DNA of 64,000 nucleotides from Candidatus Poribacteria bacterium (lineage in GTDB: Bacteria; Poribacteria; WGA-4E; PCPOR2b), in contig OZ244042.1 in NCBI GenBank assembly GCA_965215015.1, forward strand, positions 448,001 through 512,000, in the 5' to 3' direction. The position numbers were made by a program, and so were the translations under genes. Of this stretch, positions 11,242 through 20,757 are shown in pieces; the stretch's first letter is position 1, and the number at the start of each line of letters is the position of its first letter. The notes below the pieces were generated by a model. That model was not told the DNA's origin, ran no database searches, and was given only the letters and a program-made list of their open reading frames with translations.

Positions 11242-11739
11242 CTAACCGTGGGATCGCCGCCCTGGATCTCGATAAATAACGCGTCCACGCGTTAAATCGT
11301 AAGGCGAAAGTTCGACAAGGACTTTGTCTCCCGGCAGAATTCTGATGAAATTCTTCCGCATTCTGCCAGAGATGTGCGCCAGAATCTCATGTTTGTTATC
11401 CAATTCAACCCGAAACATGGCATTGGGCAGGGTTTCAATCACCGTTCCTTGGACCTCAATTTTGTCTTCCTTTGCTCGAACTCGAGATTGGACACCATCT
11501 CGGGTCTCCTGAGTCTCCTGCTCTGCGCGAACCTCGACCTTATCCTTACGAAAATCACGCTTGTTTTTCTTTTTATTTCTGCTTTTTCCTGCTACTGCTT
11601 TACCTTGTGCAGGGGCTCTGCTCTGTGCAGGCCCTCTACTCTGTGCAGGCCCTCTACCTCGTGCAGGCCCTCTACTTTGTGTGGGTCTATTTCTACTGGA
11701 CGACGTACTTCTTCCTTGTGTCGGTCTTTTACCTCTCAC
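11242..11739 (-). CDS. infA: Translation initiation factor IF-1 with long basic N-terminal extension
   Basis: C-terminal [69 protein letters not shown] is canonical IF-1; GTG start with GAGGAG upstream. Confidence 0.9.
   Translation of the reverse strand: MRGKRPTQGRSTSSSRNRPTQSRGPARGRGPAQSRGPAQSRAPAQGKAVAGKSRNKKKNKRDFRKDKVEVRAEQETQETRDGVQSRVRAKEDKIEVQGTVIETLPNAMFRVELDNKHEILAHISGRMRKNFIRILPGDKVLVELSPYDLTRGRVIYRDPGRRSHG
11606..11677. repeat. Four 18-bp tandem repeats within the infA extension
   Basis: Units tgtgcaggggctctgctc / tgtgcaggccctctactc / tgtgcaggccctctacct / cgtgcaggccctctactt encoding GPAQSR-like hexapeptides. Confidence 0.85.
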
Positions 11740-11867
11740 TTGTAGGCATCTCCTCTATATGGTTAAGGGGTTAAAACGTGAACCACAAATGATGATTTTC
11801 CAAATCGGGTCCAAGCGTGACTCAGACTGAAACGCTAAGTCGTAACCTCATAAATACAACTGATTGT

Positions 11868-12677
11868 TTATTCATCTTCAAGACTGAAGATCTTTTCTTT
11901 TTCAATGACAAGTGTGCGAAGATACTCCGCTTCTGCCTGGAGTTGAGATTGGGCGTCGTTTTCGTCACTACCTGTCGAAACCAAATCAACAGGCATATAC
12001 TGATTGTCATTGCGTCGCAAGGCGACATAGGCTTTCAAGTAGACATTTAGGTGTTTGCCCATTACCTGTTGCAAAAGTGGTGAAACTTCCGCCTCAAACA
12101 TATTTACATAAACGCGCAATGTTGTAATCTTCGCGCTCGCGCTATAGCGTTCGGAAATCAATGGTCCAATGTAGGTTTCAAAGATGGACTTCATCTCCCG
12201 CGGTGGACCGGGCATCAGCATAATCGAAGATGAATCTTTTGTAACACGAATGCACGGTGCCCAACCGACCAGATTTTGAAAAACTTCAGCGGTTTCGGGA
12301 ACCGTTGCCATATTAACCATCGCATCAGTAACATCGGCACGGTTCGTTAAATTCTGCCTCTCTATAAAGGCGGCTAATGTTGCCTCATGTACAACAGGCT
12401 GTACTCCGAGGGTTTTTGCGACGATCTGCACAGTCATATCATCGGGAGTTGGCCCGAGTCCCCCGGTTGTCAGGATCAGATCTGTTTTTCTGTCAATTGC
12501 ATCCTCAATGGCTTCAAATATCTCGTCAAACTCATCGCGAAGCATTGTTACGCGACGCAGCTGTCCACCTAACTGAAGAATCTGCTGTGCAATCCAGTGG
12601 GCATTGGTATCTTGGATCTGCCCAAGAATTAACTCGGTTCCAATTGAAAATAACTCGATAACGGGCGTGCGTTTCAA
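11868..12677 (-). CDS. CinA-like molybdopterin-binding domain protein (no PncC domain)
   Basis: IGTELILGQIQDTN, TTGGLGPTPDDMT, MPGPPREM. Confidence 0.85.
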   Translation of the reverse strand: MKRTPVIELFSIGTELILGQIQDTNAHWIAQQILQLGGQLRRVTMLRDEFDEIFEAIEDAIDRKTDLILTTGGLGPTPDDMTVQIVAKTLGVQPVVHEATLAAFIERQNLTNRADVTDAMVNMATVPETAEVFQNLVGWAPCIRVTKDSSSIMLMPGPPREMKSIFETYIGPLISERYSASAKITTLRVYVNMFEAEVSPLLQQVMGKHLNVYLKAYVALRRNDNQYMPVDLVSTGSDENDAQSQLQAEAEYLRTLVIEKEKIFSLEDE

Positions 12678-12711
12678 CCTAACCTCCTCGCATCATCTAT
12701 TAGTCTATTCA

Positions 12712-13743
12712 TCATAGCTTTTGATCAAGGAATTGAAATGCCCTAACCCCGTGAAAGCTATGAGCAGCTTCAAAAACTTCGAGCTCCAACTGATCCTCGG
12801 CACCAAAGACGCGAAAGATTTCCTGTGCTTGGTCAAACGCAAATCGGGTGGCATCAATTGGGAAGATAGTATCTTCCGTGCCGGACTCGACAAACATCGC
12901 GCGCGGGGCAATCAAGCCAGCGATGTCGTACATCTCCGCATACTTGAGGACACCGGGAATATAGTTATCAATACAGTGACTGATACTCAAGATGCTGTCA
13001 CGGAATGTATTGAAATAGCCGCTGACAACAGCAACCTTGAACCGCTCATCTATTGCCGCCGAGTAAAAGGTCGTCGTGCCGCCGCCGGAGATTCCCATGA
13101 CACCGATACGGTTTATGTCAATTTCAGGGCGTGTTGAAAGGTAGTCAAGAGAGCGCATCGCGTCGTAAACTCGCCAGCCAATCATCGTTTGGCCAAGCAG
13201 AAATGCTGCCCCGGAAGCAGGCAGACACGATGAATTGCCCCCTCCCCGTTGACATGCCGCATCATCTCGGCGATGTCCGAAGCCAAATTGCTCAATTGCC
13301 AACGCAGCATACCCTCGATCTACACACTGAAGGGCAAAGTCGTTTTGGTACTCGCCGTATTCAGTTCGCATCGTGCCATCTTCCTGAATCCCAACGATGT
13401 CATCAACACCGCGTCCGTGTCCATGCAGACAAAGGATGGTGGGCCCCGGCGTCTCAAAATCTTTGGGTAGCAGCAGATAGCCGAAAACGGTCATATTTGG
13501 ACGGCTTTGAAACAACACAGTTTCACGGGTGTAGGTCGAAAAATCCTTCGTTTCCACGACTCTGGGGAGCAATTCGCACGTCTCAGCTGGAAAATCGCCG
13601 AGCAGTTCAACAATCTTGGCTCTCAAATTGCGCTGCCACCTCTCCGCTTCCATGCCTGTTGAAGCCTGAAACGCCATCGCATGAGAAATTTGATCGTACA
13701 TTTCATGTGAAAAGGCTAATGTGTCTAAATGGTTCTGAGACAT
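12712..13743 (-). CDS. Alpha/beta hydrolase (dienelactone-hydrolase/esterase-like)
   Basis: LHGHG, GISGGG nucleophile elbow, HCIDNYIPG, IAPR, C-terminal His. Confidence 0.8.
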   Translation of the reverse strand: MSQNHLDTLAFSHEMYDQISHAMAFQASTGMEAERWQRNLRAKIVELLGDFPAETCELLPRVVETKDFSTYTRETVLFQSRPNMTVFGYLLLPKDFETPGPTILCLHGHGRGVDDIVGIQEDGTMRTEYGEYQNDFALQCVDRGYAALAIEQFGFGHRRDDAACQRGGGNSSCLPASGAAFLLGQTMIGWRVYDAMRSLDYLSTRPEIDINRIGVMGISGGGTTTFYSAAIDERFKVAVVSGYFNTFRDSILSISHCIDNYIPGVLKYAEMYDIAGLIAPRAMFVESGTEDTIFPIDATRFAFDQAQEIFRVFGAEDQLELEVFEAAHSFHGVRAFQFLDQKL

Positions 13744-13758
13744 CTGAAAATCTCCATT

Positions 13759-14688
13759 CTAATCCCACAGTCTGGTGCTGAAATATCGCTCACCGAGATC
13801 ATTAAAGACCGTGACAATAACTCCTTCTTTAATTTCTTTAGCGACTTCATAAGCACCTTGCAGGTATCCCCCGGAAGACTGTCCAACGAACCAACCCTGT
13901 TTTGCTAGATGGTTGCACATATCATACGCTTGATCGATCGTAACAGAGATCTTTTTGTCAATGATACTCTCGTCGAGAATCTCCGGAACGATGTCTTCGG
14001 GGCTGCCCATTGGTTTGAGGCCCTCAATGCCCGGGAATTCGTCGGGAGTGATACCGCAAATTTGAATATCTAGATTGTGCTCTTTGAGACGTCGTCCAAC
14101 GCCGGTAATCGTTCCTCCCGTGCCCACGCCCGCGACAAAATGGGTGACCTGTCCCGCTGTTTGTTTCAGAATTTCTACCCCTGTTGTGTCATAATGTGCT
14201 CGCCAGTTGTTATCGTTCTTGTACTGATCGGCAAAGTAATATTTATCGGGTGCTGTTTCGTGTCGGCGATGGACTTCGCGTAGTGCTTCGTCATAGCCAA
14301 GGATTGCGTCCGTGTAGATGATGTTTGCACCGTGCGCTTGAATCCGCTTTTTTCGCTCTTCACTGGCGTTGCTGGGAATGACCAATTCAACTTGGTAGCC
14401 TAAGACAGCACCGATCATAGCGTAAGCGATTGCAGCGTTTCCAGAACTGGAATCAAGGATAAACTTGTCACGCGTTAACTCGCCGGATCGGATGGCTTCG
14501 GTCAACATACGCAGCACAGGCCGATCCTTAATAGAGCCACCCGGATTATACATCTCTGCTTTTGCATAGATTTCTACGTTAGGCAATTCATCGGCAAATA
14601 GATCTATTTTGACCAGCGGTGTATTTCCAATCTGTTGAAGCAACGGATAGTTTGAGAGAGAAACGGAGCCGGTCGATTTTTTGCTCAT
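13759..14688 (-). CDS. PLP-dependent cysteine synthase (CysM-like)
   Basis: IGNTPL, NPGGSIKDR, SSSGN, GVGTGGT, GERYFST. Confidence 0.88.
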   Translation of the reverse strand: MSKKSTGSVSLSNYPLLQQIGNTPLVKIDLFADELPNVEIYAKAEMYNPGGSIKDRPVLRMLTEAIRSGELTRDKFILDSSSGNAAIAYAMIGAVLGYQVELVIPSNASEERKKRIQAHGANIIYTDAILGYDEALREVHRRHETAPDKYYFADQYKNDNNWRAHYDTTGVEILKQTAGQVTHFVAGVGTGGTITGVGRRLKEHNLDIQICGITPDEFPGIEGLKPMGSPEDIVPEILDESIIDKKISVTIDQAYDMCNHLAKQGWFVGQSSGGYLQGAYEVAKEIKEGVIVTVFNDLGERYFSTRLWD

Positions 14689-14768
14689 TTAGGATGTTAC
14701 TTCCTTTTTCTAACGGAGTTTTATAAGAGATTGCTGTTGAGCAGTTTTGAAAAATGACTCGTAATACA

Positions 14769-15392
14769 CTACATAACTGACCCCGCTTGAGTCAGTCGCT
14801 GCTCAATTAACGAGCGAATATAGTCTTTAGCGGCGTCTCCAATCAGTTCGCCACTGAGAATGTCAGTAACTTCAAATTCCGCTAAACGCAAGGTTGGTTT
14901 CAGGCCATGCAACGGCGGTAACCAGTCTCGGAATGTATCGAAAAAGGCGCGCTGTGCAGCCCGACCGTTCAGAAACGGAAAATCTGCTGTCTTTCGTCGA
15001 AATCGATCTGTGCCTTTCTGAATCGCTATCTCTTGATGTTTGACACACAATTGGAGATACGCGTGGCGATCAAATCCCAGAGCTAAGTCTTCCGAATAGA
15101 AACCCAAAGTTGTCTGACGAAACGCGGTAAAGTGTTGTAATTCGTCAAATTCAAAGATAAAATTGTAGGGCGCAGGGAAATAGGCATCAGGGGTTAAGTA
15201 TCCAGCCGCTTTTGCGGATAAGCCATCCCAATCACCGCCCATCTTCTCAAAGAGATCGGTAATTTTTGGATAGTATTCACCGAAATGTGCTGGGAACGGT
15301 TTGTTAATCAGCCAACCGAATTGAGCACGGCGTTCAGCAGAAACTCCTAACACCTCTTCAACGAGCGCGATGATGCCGATTTCAAGACGCAT
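14769..15392 (-). CDS. Hypothetical protein with PD-(D/E)xK/Vsr-like nuclease signature
   Basis: TPDAYF...FEFDELQHF...RAAQRAFFDTFRD pattern. Confidence 0.55.
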   Translation of the reverse strand: MRLEIGIIALVEEVLGVSAERRAQFGWLINKPFPAHFGEYYPKITDLFEKMGGDWDGLSAKAAGYLTPDAYFPAPYNFIFEFDELQHFTAFRQTTLGFYSEDLALGFDRHAYLQLCVKHQEIAIQKGTDRFRRKTADFPFLNGRAAQRAFFDTFRDWLPPLHGLKPTLRLAEFEVTDILSGELIGDAAKDYIRSLIEQRLTQAGSVM

Positions 15393-15669
15393 GTTAAACG
15401 ACGGCTCCTCCACCACTAATGTTTTGTGGGCCCTTTCCGCTAGTTTCTAGTCCCCTCTATGTGGTTCATTGGCAGTTACTCGAAAAGTTCACGCGACGTG
15501 ATTGTACACAATCCTAATTTTATTTTTATTCTAACTCCTAAATCAAGCAGGTTGTCCTAACCTTGCGAAAGTTTGAAATCTTACCAAGTCAAAAGCATAC
15601 CACAAATCGGATCATCTTTCAACTGTAAATTGCGTCAATCAGTAAGCCTCGCTTTCGATACCCAAATCG

Positions 15670-16272
15670 GTTATCAAAAATCCTTTAGGCGTTAGGATTT
15701 ACGCAGTTGAACGTTCAAAGGAACCCCCCGACACTGTTGTACTACAGTGTTGGTTCTATACGACTCACGACGCCCGATGAATCGGGCAACTCCAGTTAAT
15801 TCTACAACGGTTCTCTTCCCCCTGCTTGCGGGGGGCTGAGGGGGTCTTAGGGAGGAAACCCACCGGGTTGCGTCCCCGATCGCGGGGGGTGGGGGTTCTT
15901 AGCGGGGGAAGGGGGAACAGCATAGGTCATTACTACCTTAAAGACGCGGGTTGAATGGCACTACTACAAACTCAAGTGCGTAATCCTCATACGCTTTAGC
16001 GTTTTTTTAAAGAAAAGCGTTTGAGGTTTCAACATATTTAGATAGAGACGGTGGCACCACTGAAAACGGTTAGCAAGGGTAAAATCCGCAACGGTTCTCC
16101 CATACTCCGACAGGAGCGTGTTGCAGTGGCTTTCGTCTCACCACGGTTGGCGTACCGGGTCAATGGGCAGGGCATTGTCCAACCGTCTGTTAGGTGATAC
16201 CTAGCAGACAACCTAACAAGCGTTAGGAATCGGTGAGAATCCCAATCCTTTTTAGGGGTGGGAGTAGGTTAA
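15670..16272 (+). mobile_element. Non-autonomous IS200/IS605 derivative interrupted by a TIR element
   Basis: 3' end GAATCCC..TTTAGGGGTGGGAGTAGGTTAA resembles an IS605 right end; 5' TTATCAAAAATCCTTTAGG matches the left-end-like sequence at 36145. Confidence 0.55.
15693..15987. mobile_element. MITE-like element A, copy 1 (TIRs plus internal REP-like palindromes)
   Basis: TAGGATTTACGCAG ... TGCGTAATCCT; internal GCCCGATGAATCGGGC and G/C-rich hairpins shared with the copy at 42232. Confidence 0.7.
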
Positions 16273-16318
16273 CAATCCTCTCCCAACCGGGGATAACCCC
16301 CGTTGCACAGCGACTGCA

Positions 16319-16481
16319 CCATAAAATCGCTCATGTTAAGAAATCGTGCAACAGCCCCGAGTTTTTTCGGAAAAACGCGGGGGCAAATACCAATCGTGTT
16401 TTACTCTGGTGTTTGGCAAATTGAGCCAAGACTATTGCGCGATGTCCCGGGTATCTTTGCGCTCTCTTTTTATTATGAGCC
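16319..16481. repeat. Repeat/MITE B, copy 1
   Basis: About 165 bp, closely similar to 18041-18208; short TIR GCTCAT...ATGAGC. Confidence 0.75.
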
Positions 16482-16589
16482 ACTAAATATGATGGGGAAA
16501 GCAGAGAATCGCTGTCAGTCGAACGTAGCTTCAGCCCGATTCATCGGGACGCTTCAATACCCCTCAGACAATCCGCGGAAGGAAACAAA

Positions 16590-18026
16590 ATGACAGATCT
16601 CCTCGATGATACCCAAATGCAACAATTTATCACCGACGGCTATATCACTGTCCGAGCCGACTACCCTCCCGAATTTCACCAAGACCTCTACCAACAAATT
16701 GAGGCGATGTTTGAAAGTGAGGGTAATACCGGCAACAATATTCTACCTCGCATCCCCCAAATCCAGAAAGTTTTCGATCATCCGGCGTTAAAGGGTGCCT
16801 TGACCAGTCTGCTAGGGGAAGGCTACATCATGAATCCACACCGGCACTGCCATCTCAATCCCCCTGAAAGTCAAGGGCAGCACTGGCATAAGGATTGTTA
16901 TGTGTTCGATCACAATATGCGTCATCCACGTTTTCAGTGGGTGCTTGCACTCTATTACCCTCAAGATACGACCGAAGCCATGGGACCAACAGGGCTGCTG
17001 CCCGGCAAGCAATTTTACAAAAAAGTTAGCCATGCTAACCCGCAATTGGCGAGTGAGCCTGCAGCACCCTTATGTGGCGAAGCCGGCACCGTTTCACTCG
17101 TTCACTTCGATGCGTGGCACCGAGCAATGCCGAATCGTAGTACAAAGAAGCGATACATGCTCAAGTTTCAATTTGCGCGTATGCAGTCACCTCAAGCACC
17201 TTCATGGAATCACAGGGATCGTGAGTGGAAAGGCGATGTAAACGATAAAAGTCGAGCCGCATCGGTAGATGTCTGGAACTGGCTATGTGGGAACCATTCG
17301 GCTTCGGAGTCAGATACGTCGGAGAATGGGGCACCAGCGTTGGTGGCAGCTCTGGGTGATAAATCAGAAACCGTTCGTCTGAACGCCGCTTATACGCTAG
17401 GAAAAATGGGGCAGTCTGTCGTGCCAGTGTTAATTGACGCTATGCGAAAGGAAACCCTTGCATCAATTGAGGAAACAACCGCCAAACCCCCTGACAATTT
17501 GCATGGCACCAATCCAACCGCCGGCTACGCAGCGCAAGCGTTGGCCGCGATTGGTTCACAAGCAGTTCCGGGACTAATCAAAGCATTGGACGATGAAGAT
17601 TGGTGGGTACGCGCGATGACTGTGGATGTCCTGACAAAGATTGGGCAATTTGCGGGAGATGCAGTGCCGGTATTGATAGAACGTGCGAATGATAAACACT
17701 GGTGGGTGCGCCGTAATGCGATTGAGGCATTGGGAACCATTGAATCTTGCAGCTCAGACACAACATCGCTGCTGGTCGCCGCGTTGCGGGACGAAGATTA
17801 CCGGGTTCGGCGTAACGCCGCCCTCACTTTGGCAAAGCTAGGACAACCCGCGGATGAAGCTATACCTGCGTTGGTGGAGATGTTAGATGACGAGAATCGG
17901 TACAATCGCTTTTATGCAGCAAATGCGTTGCGACGAATTGATACATCTGCCGCACGAGAGGCATTGGTAAACGCCCTTTTCACTGCCCGATGGTGTCCTA
18001 TCACCACGAGGGAAAACCAATACTAG
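16590..18026 (+). CDS. Phytanoyl-CoA dioxygenase (PhyH)-family domain fused to HEAT repeats
   Basis: N-terminal WHKD and WHRA Fe(II) ligands; C-terminal repeated 'L.D.D..VR.NAA.ALG' HEAT units. Confidence 0.85.
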   Translation: MTDLLDDTQMQQFITDGYITVRADYPPEFHQDLYQQIEAMFESEGNTGNNILPRIPQIQKVFDHPALKGALTSLLGEGYIMNPHRHCHLNPPESQGQHWHKDCYVFDHNMRHPRFQWVLALYYPQDTTEAMGPTGLLPGKQFYKKVSHANPQLASEPAAPLCGEAGTVSLVHFDAWHRAMPNRSTKKRYMLKFQFARMQSPQAPSWNHRDREWKGDVNDKSRAASVDVWNWLCGNHSASESDTSENGAPALVAALGDKSETVRLNAAYTLGKMGQSVVPVLIDAMRKETLASIEETTAKPPDNLHGTNPTAGYAAQALAAIGSQAVPGLIKALDDEDWWVRAMTVDVLTKIGQFAGDAVPVLIERANDKHWWVRRNAIEALGTIESCSSDTTSLLVAALRDEDYRVRRNAALTLAKLGQPADEAIPALVEMLDDENRYNRFYAANALRRIDTSAAREALVNALFTARWCPITTRENQY

Positions 18027-18040
18027 AAAGGGACACCTTC

Positions 18041-18208
18041 CCATAAAATCCGAGGCTCATGTTAAGAAATTGTGCAACAGCCCCCGAGTTTTTTTCGGAA
18101 AAATGCGGGGGCAAACACCAACCGTGTTGGACTCTGGTGTTTGGTGAATTGAGCCAAGACGTTTGCGCGATGTTTCGGGTATCTTTGCACTCTCTTTTTT
18201 TAGAAGCC
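18041..18208. repeat. Repeat/MITE B, copy 2
   Basis: Direct repeat of 16319-16481. Confidence 0.75.
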
Positions 18209-18324
18209 CCATAGATCGGGTTTCCTAGCTAGACTGCATCAATGAACTAATGAACCCATGAACAAATGGTTTTCACGTTTCATGCTCTTCGCGTTTTGCA
18301 CTTTCTTTTTACGTCAGTCTAATT

Positions 18325-19671
18325 CTAATATCCCAAGCGTTTTGAGACCGCATCAATCGTTTCCTTCAGCACCTCAACAGTCTGGAGCACCTGTGATTCG
18401 TTGATTGTGAATGGAGGACTGATGGCGATGTGATCGCCAGCCACGCCATCAATCAGTCCGGGGGCACCGGGCATTATCAGAATCCCTTTGTCAAAAGCCA
18501 AATCCACAACGGTGGAGGTCACGCCTTTTGAAACATCGAACGGCGTTCCTTTCTCTTTGTCGGCAACAAATTCGATACCAATCAGCAACCCTTTCCCACG
18601 AATATTCCCGACAATTGGCGATGCTTGAAGGGGTTTCAGTTTTTCAAGCATCAAATCCCCCATCCGTGCACACTGTGTAACGAGATCATGCTTTTCGATA
18701 TAATTCTGCACGGCGAGTGCGGTGGCGCATGATAGGGGATTCCCGCCATAGGTATGTCCATGCGTAAAGTTAGTTGATTTTTTATAAATGGCGTCGTAGA
18801 CTCTTTCGTGGGCAATCGTTGCAGCGATAGGCGTATAACCGCTGCTCAATCCCTTTCCTGTGGTCATAATGTCGGGTACGACATCCCAATGCTCGATGGC
18901 AAAGTTGACGCCGGTGCGCCCGAATCCGGTTACCACCTCATCGGTAATCATCAGAATGTTGTGACGATTGCAAACCTCCCGAATGGTAGGGTAATAGTCC
19001 GGTGGAGGGACCACCCCCGCTGCCGACGTGCCGAGAATCGGTTCAGCAATAAACGCTGAGATATACTCACTGCCTTCCTGATAAATCACGCGCTCAAGTT
19101 CGTCTGCACAGGTGAGATGACAATCAGGATATTCCTGTCCGTAAGGACATCGATAGCAATAAGGAGCTGGAATGTGCGGAAAATCGAGTAGATAGGGAAC
19201 ATAGTCGTCCCGCCATGAGGTCCGGCCGGACATCGATAGTGCACCGATTGTATTGCCGTGCCAGCTTTGCCACCGCGAAATCACCTTGTACTTTTTCGGA
19301 TTACCGGTTTCGAGATGATATTTTCTCGCCATTTTCATCGCGGACTCTGTCGCCTCCGAACCGCCGGAGACGAAAAACACTTTCGAGAGTCCCTCCGGTG
19401 CCATGTCGTCAATTTTTTGTGCGAGATCGATTTGCGCTTGTGTCAGGAAGCGGCTGTATGTGAAACAGACTTGACTCGCTTGTTTGCCCATGACATCGGC
19501 AATCTCTTTGATACCGTGACCGATGCTTACCACATGCACCCCGGCGCACGCATCGAGATAGCGTTTGCCTTCTGTATCAAATAGATAGACCCCCTCGCCG
19601 TGAGAAATCTGTTGCCATTGCTGCTTAAACGTTCTATGAAAAATATGATCGTCGCTCTGGACTTCAGCCAT
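18325..19671 (-). CDS. Class III PLP-dependent aminotransferase
   Basis: GEGVYLFD, SGGSEA, WHGNT, DEVVTGFGRTG, GKGLSSGY, HGHTYGGNP. Confidence 0.92.
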   Translation of the reverse strand: MAEVQSDDHIFHRTFKQQWQQISHGEGVYLFDTEGKRYLDACAGVHVVSIGHGIKEIADVMGKQASQVCFTYSRFLTQAQIDLAQKIDDMAPEGLSKVFFVSGGSEATESAMKMARKYHLETGNPKKYKVISRWQSWHGNTIGALSMSGRTSWRDDYVPYLLDFPHIPAPYCYRCPYGQEYPDCHLTCADELERVIYQEGSEYISAFIAEPILGTSAAGVVPPPDYYPTIREVCNRHNILMITDEVVTGFGRTGVNFAIEHWDVVPDIMTTGKGLSSGYTPIAATIAHERVYDAIYKKSTNFTHGHTYGGNPLSCATALAVQNYIEKHDLVTQCARMGDLMLEKLKPLQASPIVGNIRGKGLLIGIEFVADKEKGTPFDVSKGVTSTVVDLAFDKGILIMPGAPGLIDGVAGDHIAISPPFTINESQVLQTVEVLKETIDAVSKRLGY

Positions 19672-19727
19672 TCATTTATCTCCTTATGTTATGTTAGTTA
19701 ATTCTCCAAGACCGACCGGCAGCGGAG

Positions 19728-20570
19728 CTATTTATCGTCCGTCCTCTGGCGTTTCGGTGGAGTTGCGGAGACACCTTCCATACCGCCACTAACCCTGAGT
19801 ACTTCGCCCGTAATCCAAGACGCTTGAGAGCTACATAGAAAGGCAACACCACGAGCGATGTCGGTTGGCTCACCCCATCGCCCCAACGGGATGGCACTAC
19901 GGATGCGCTCAATCATCTCGCCCTCAGTGAGGTTAAGGGTTTGGCAGCGTTGCGCCATGTTTCTCCTGTTAAACTCAGTGTAAACTGGGCCCGGACTCAC
20001 GGCATTTACTCGCACACCATAAGCTGCTAACTCCAGTGCCAATGTTTTGGTCAAGCTAATTATGCCTGCTTTTGCTACGTTGTACGCTGCAACCAGAGCC
20101 GCCGGATTTTGGCCATTGATTGAGGCGACATTAACAATGCAGCCGTATTCCTGACGCTCCATAATCCCACCGGCAGTGCGGCAGCAATAAAATGCCCCGG
20201 TCAAGGTGGCGTTTAACACACGCTCCCATTCTTCATCGCTTAGCTCAACAATGGGGGTGACCTTCTGACCAACGCCGGCGTTATTGACCAAGATGTCCAA
20301 CCGTCCATGTTCATTGACTACCCTTTCAAAAAGGGCCGTTACCTCAGTGCTATCAGTGATATCCAAGTGAGCCGCATGTACCTTCAAACCGTCAGTTCGC
20401 AAGTTGTCGGCTTCCGTCTCAGCCTTCTCCAGTTGCAAATCAGCGATGATTGTCGTTGCGCCCTCGCGGGCAAGTTGCTCGGCAATACCTAGCCCCAAAC
20501 CCTGCGCCGCGCCGGTTACCACTGCAATTGAGCCATTGAGGCTTTGTAAAGCAATTCCATCATTGTTCAT
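19728..20570 (-). CDS. SDR-family oxidoreductase
   Basis: TGAAQGLG, NNAG, YNVAK. Confidence 0.9.
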   Translation of the reverse strand: MNNDGIALQSLNGSIAVVTGAAQGLGLGIAEQLAREGATTIIADLQLEKAETEADNLRTDGLKVHAAHLDITDSTEVTALFERVVNEHGRLDILVNNAGVGQKVTPIVELSDEEWERVLNATLTGAFYCCRTAGGIMERQEYGCIVNVASINGQNPAALVAAYNVAKAGIISLTKTLALELAAYGVRVNAVSPGPVYTEFNRRNMAQRCQTLNLTEGEMIERIRSAIPLGRWGEPTDIARGVAFLCSSQASWITGEVLRVSGGMEGVSATPPKRQRTDDK

Positions 20571-20757
20571 ACGTATACCTCACTTCTTCAAAAATAAAGA
20601 AACCGTCCTAATCTCCGAGGGTTGCCAATCCCACGGTGCGGGTTGTGGTATCTTCAATGTAAGTGTTGAGGACAACCTCCAGTCCCCTGGTGAGACAGGC
20701 TAACGATCGCTCGGCAAATCACTCGTCCTTCAGTGGAGACGACCATCTTTTCCTCTG

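Noticed and set aside
13131-13781. 216-aa plus-strand ORF and other overlapping ORFs in the track
   Set aside because: Antisense or alternate-frame shadows of well-supported genes, with no motifs
20578-20755. Possible 3' gene remnant (..PAPWDWQPSEIRTVSLFLKK*) upstream of the SDR
   Set aside because: No recognisable family and several stops; cannot be supported
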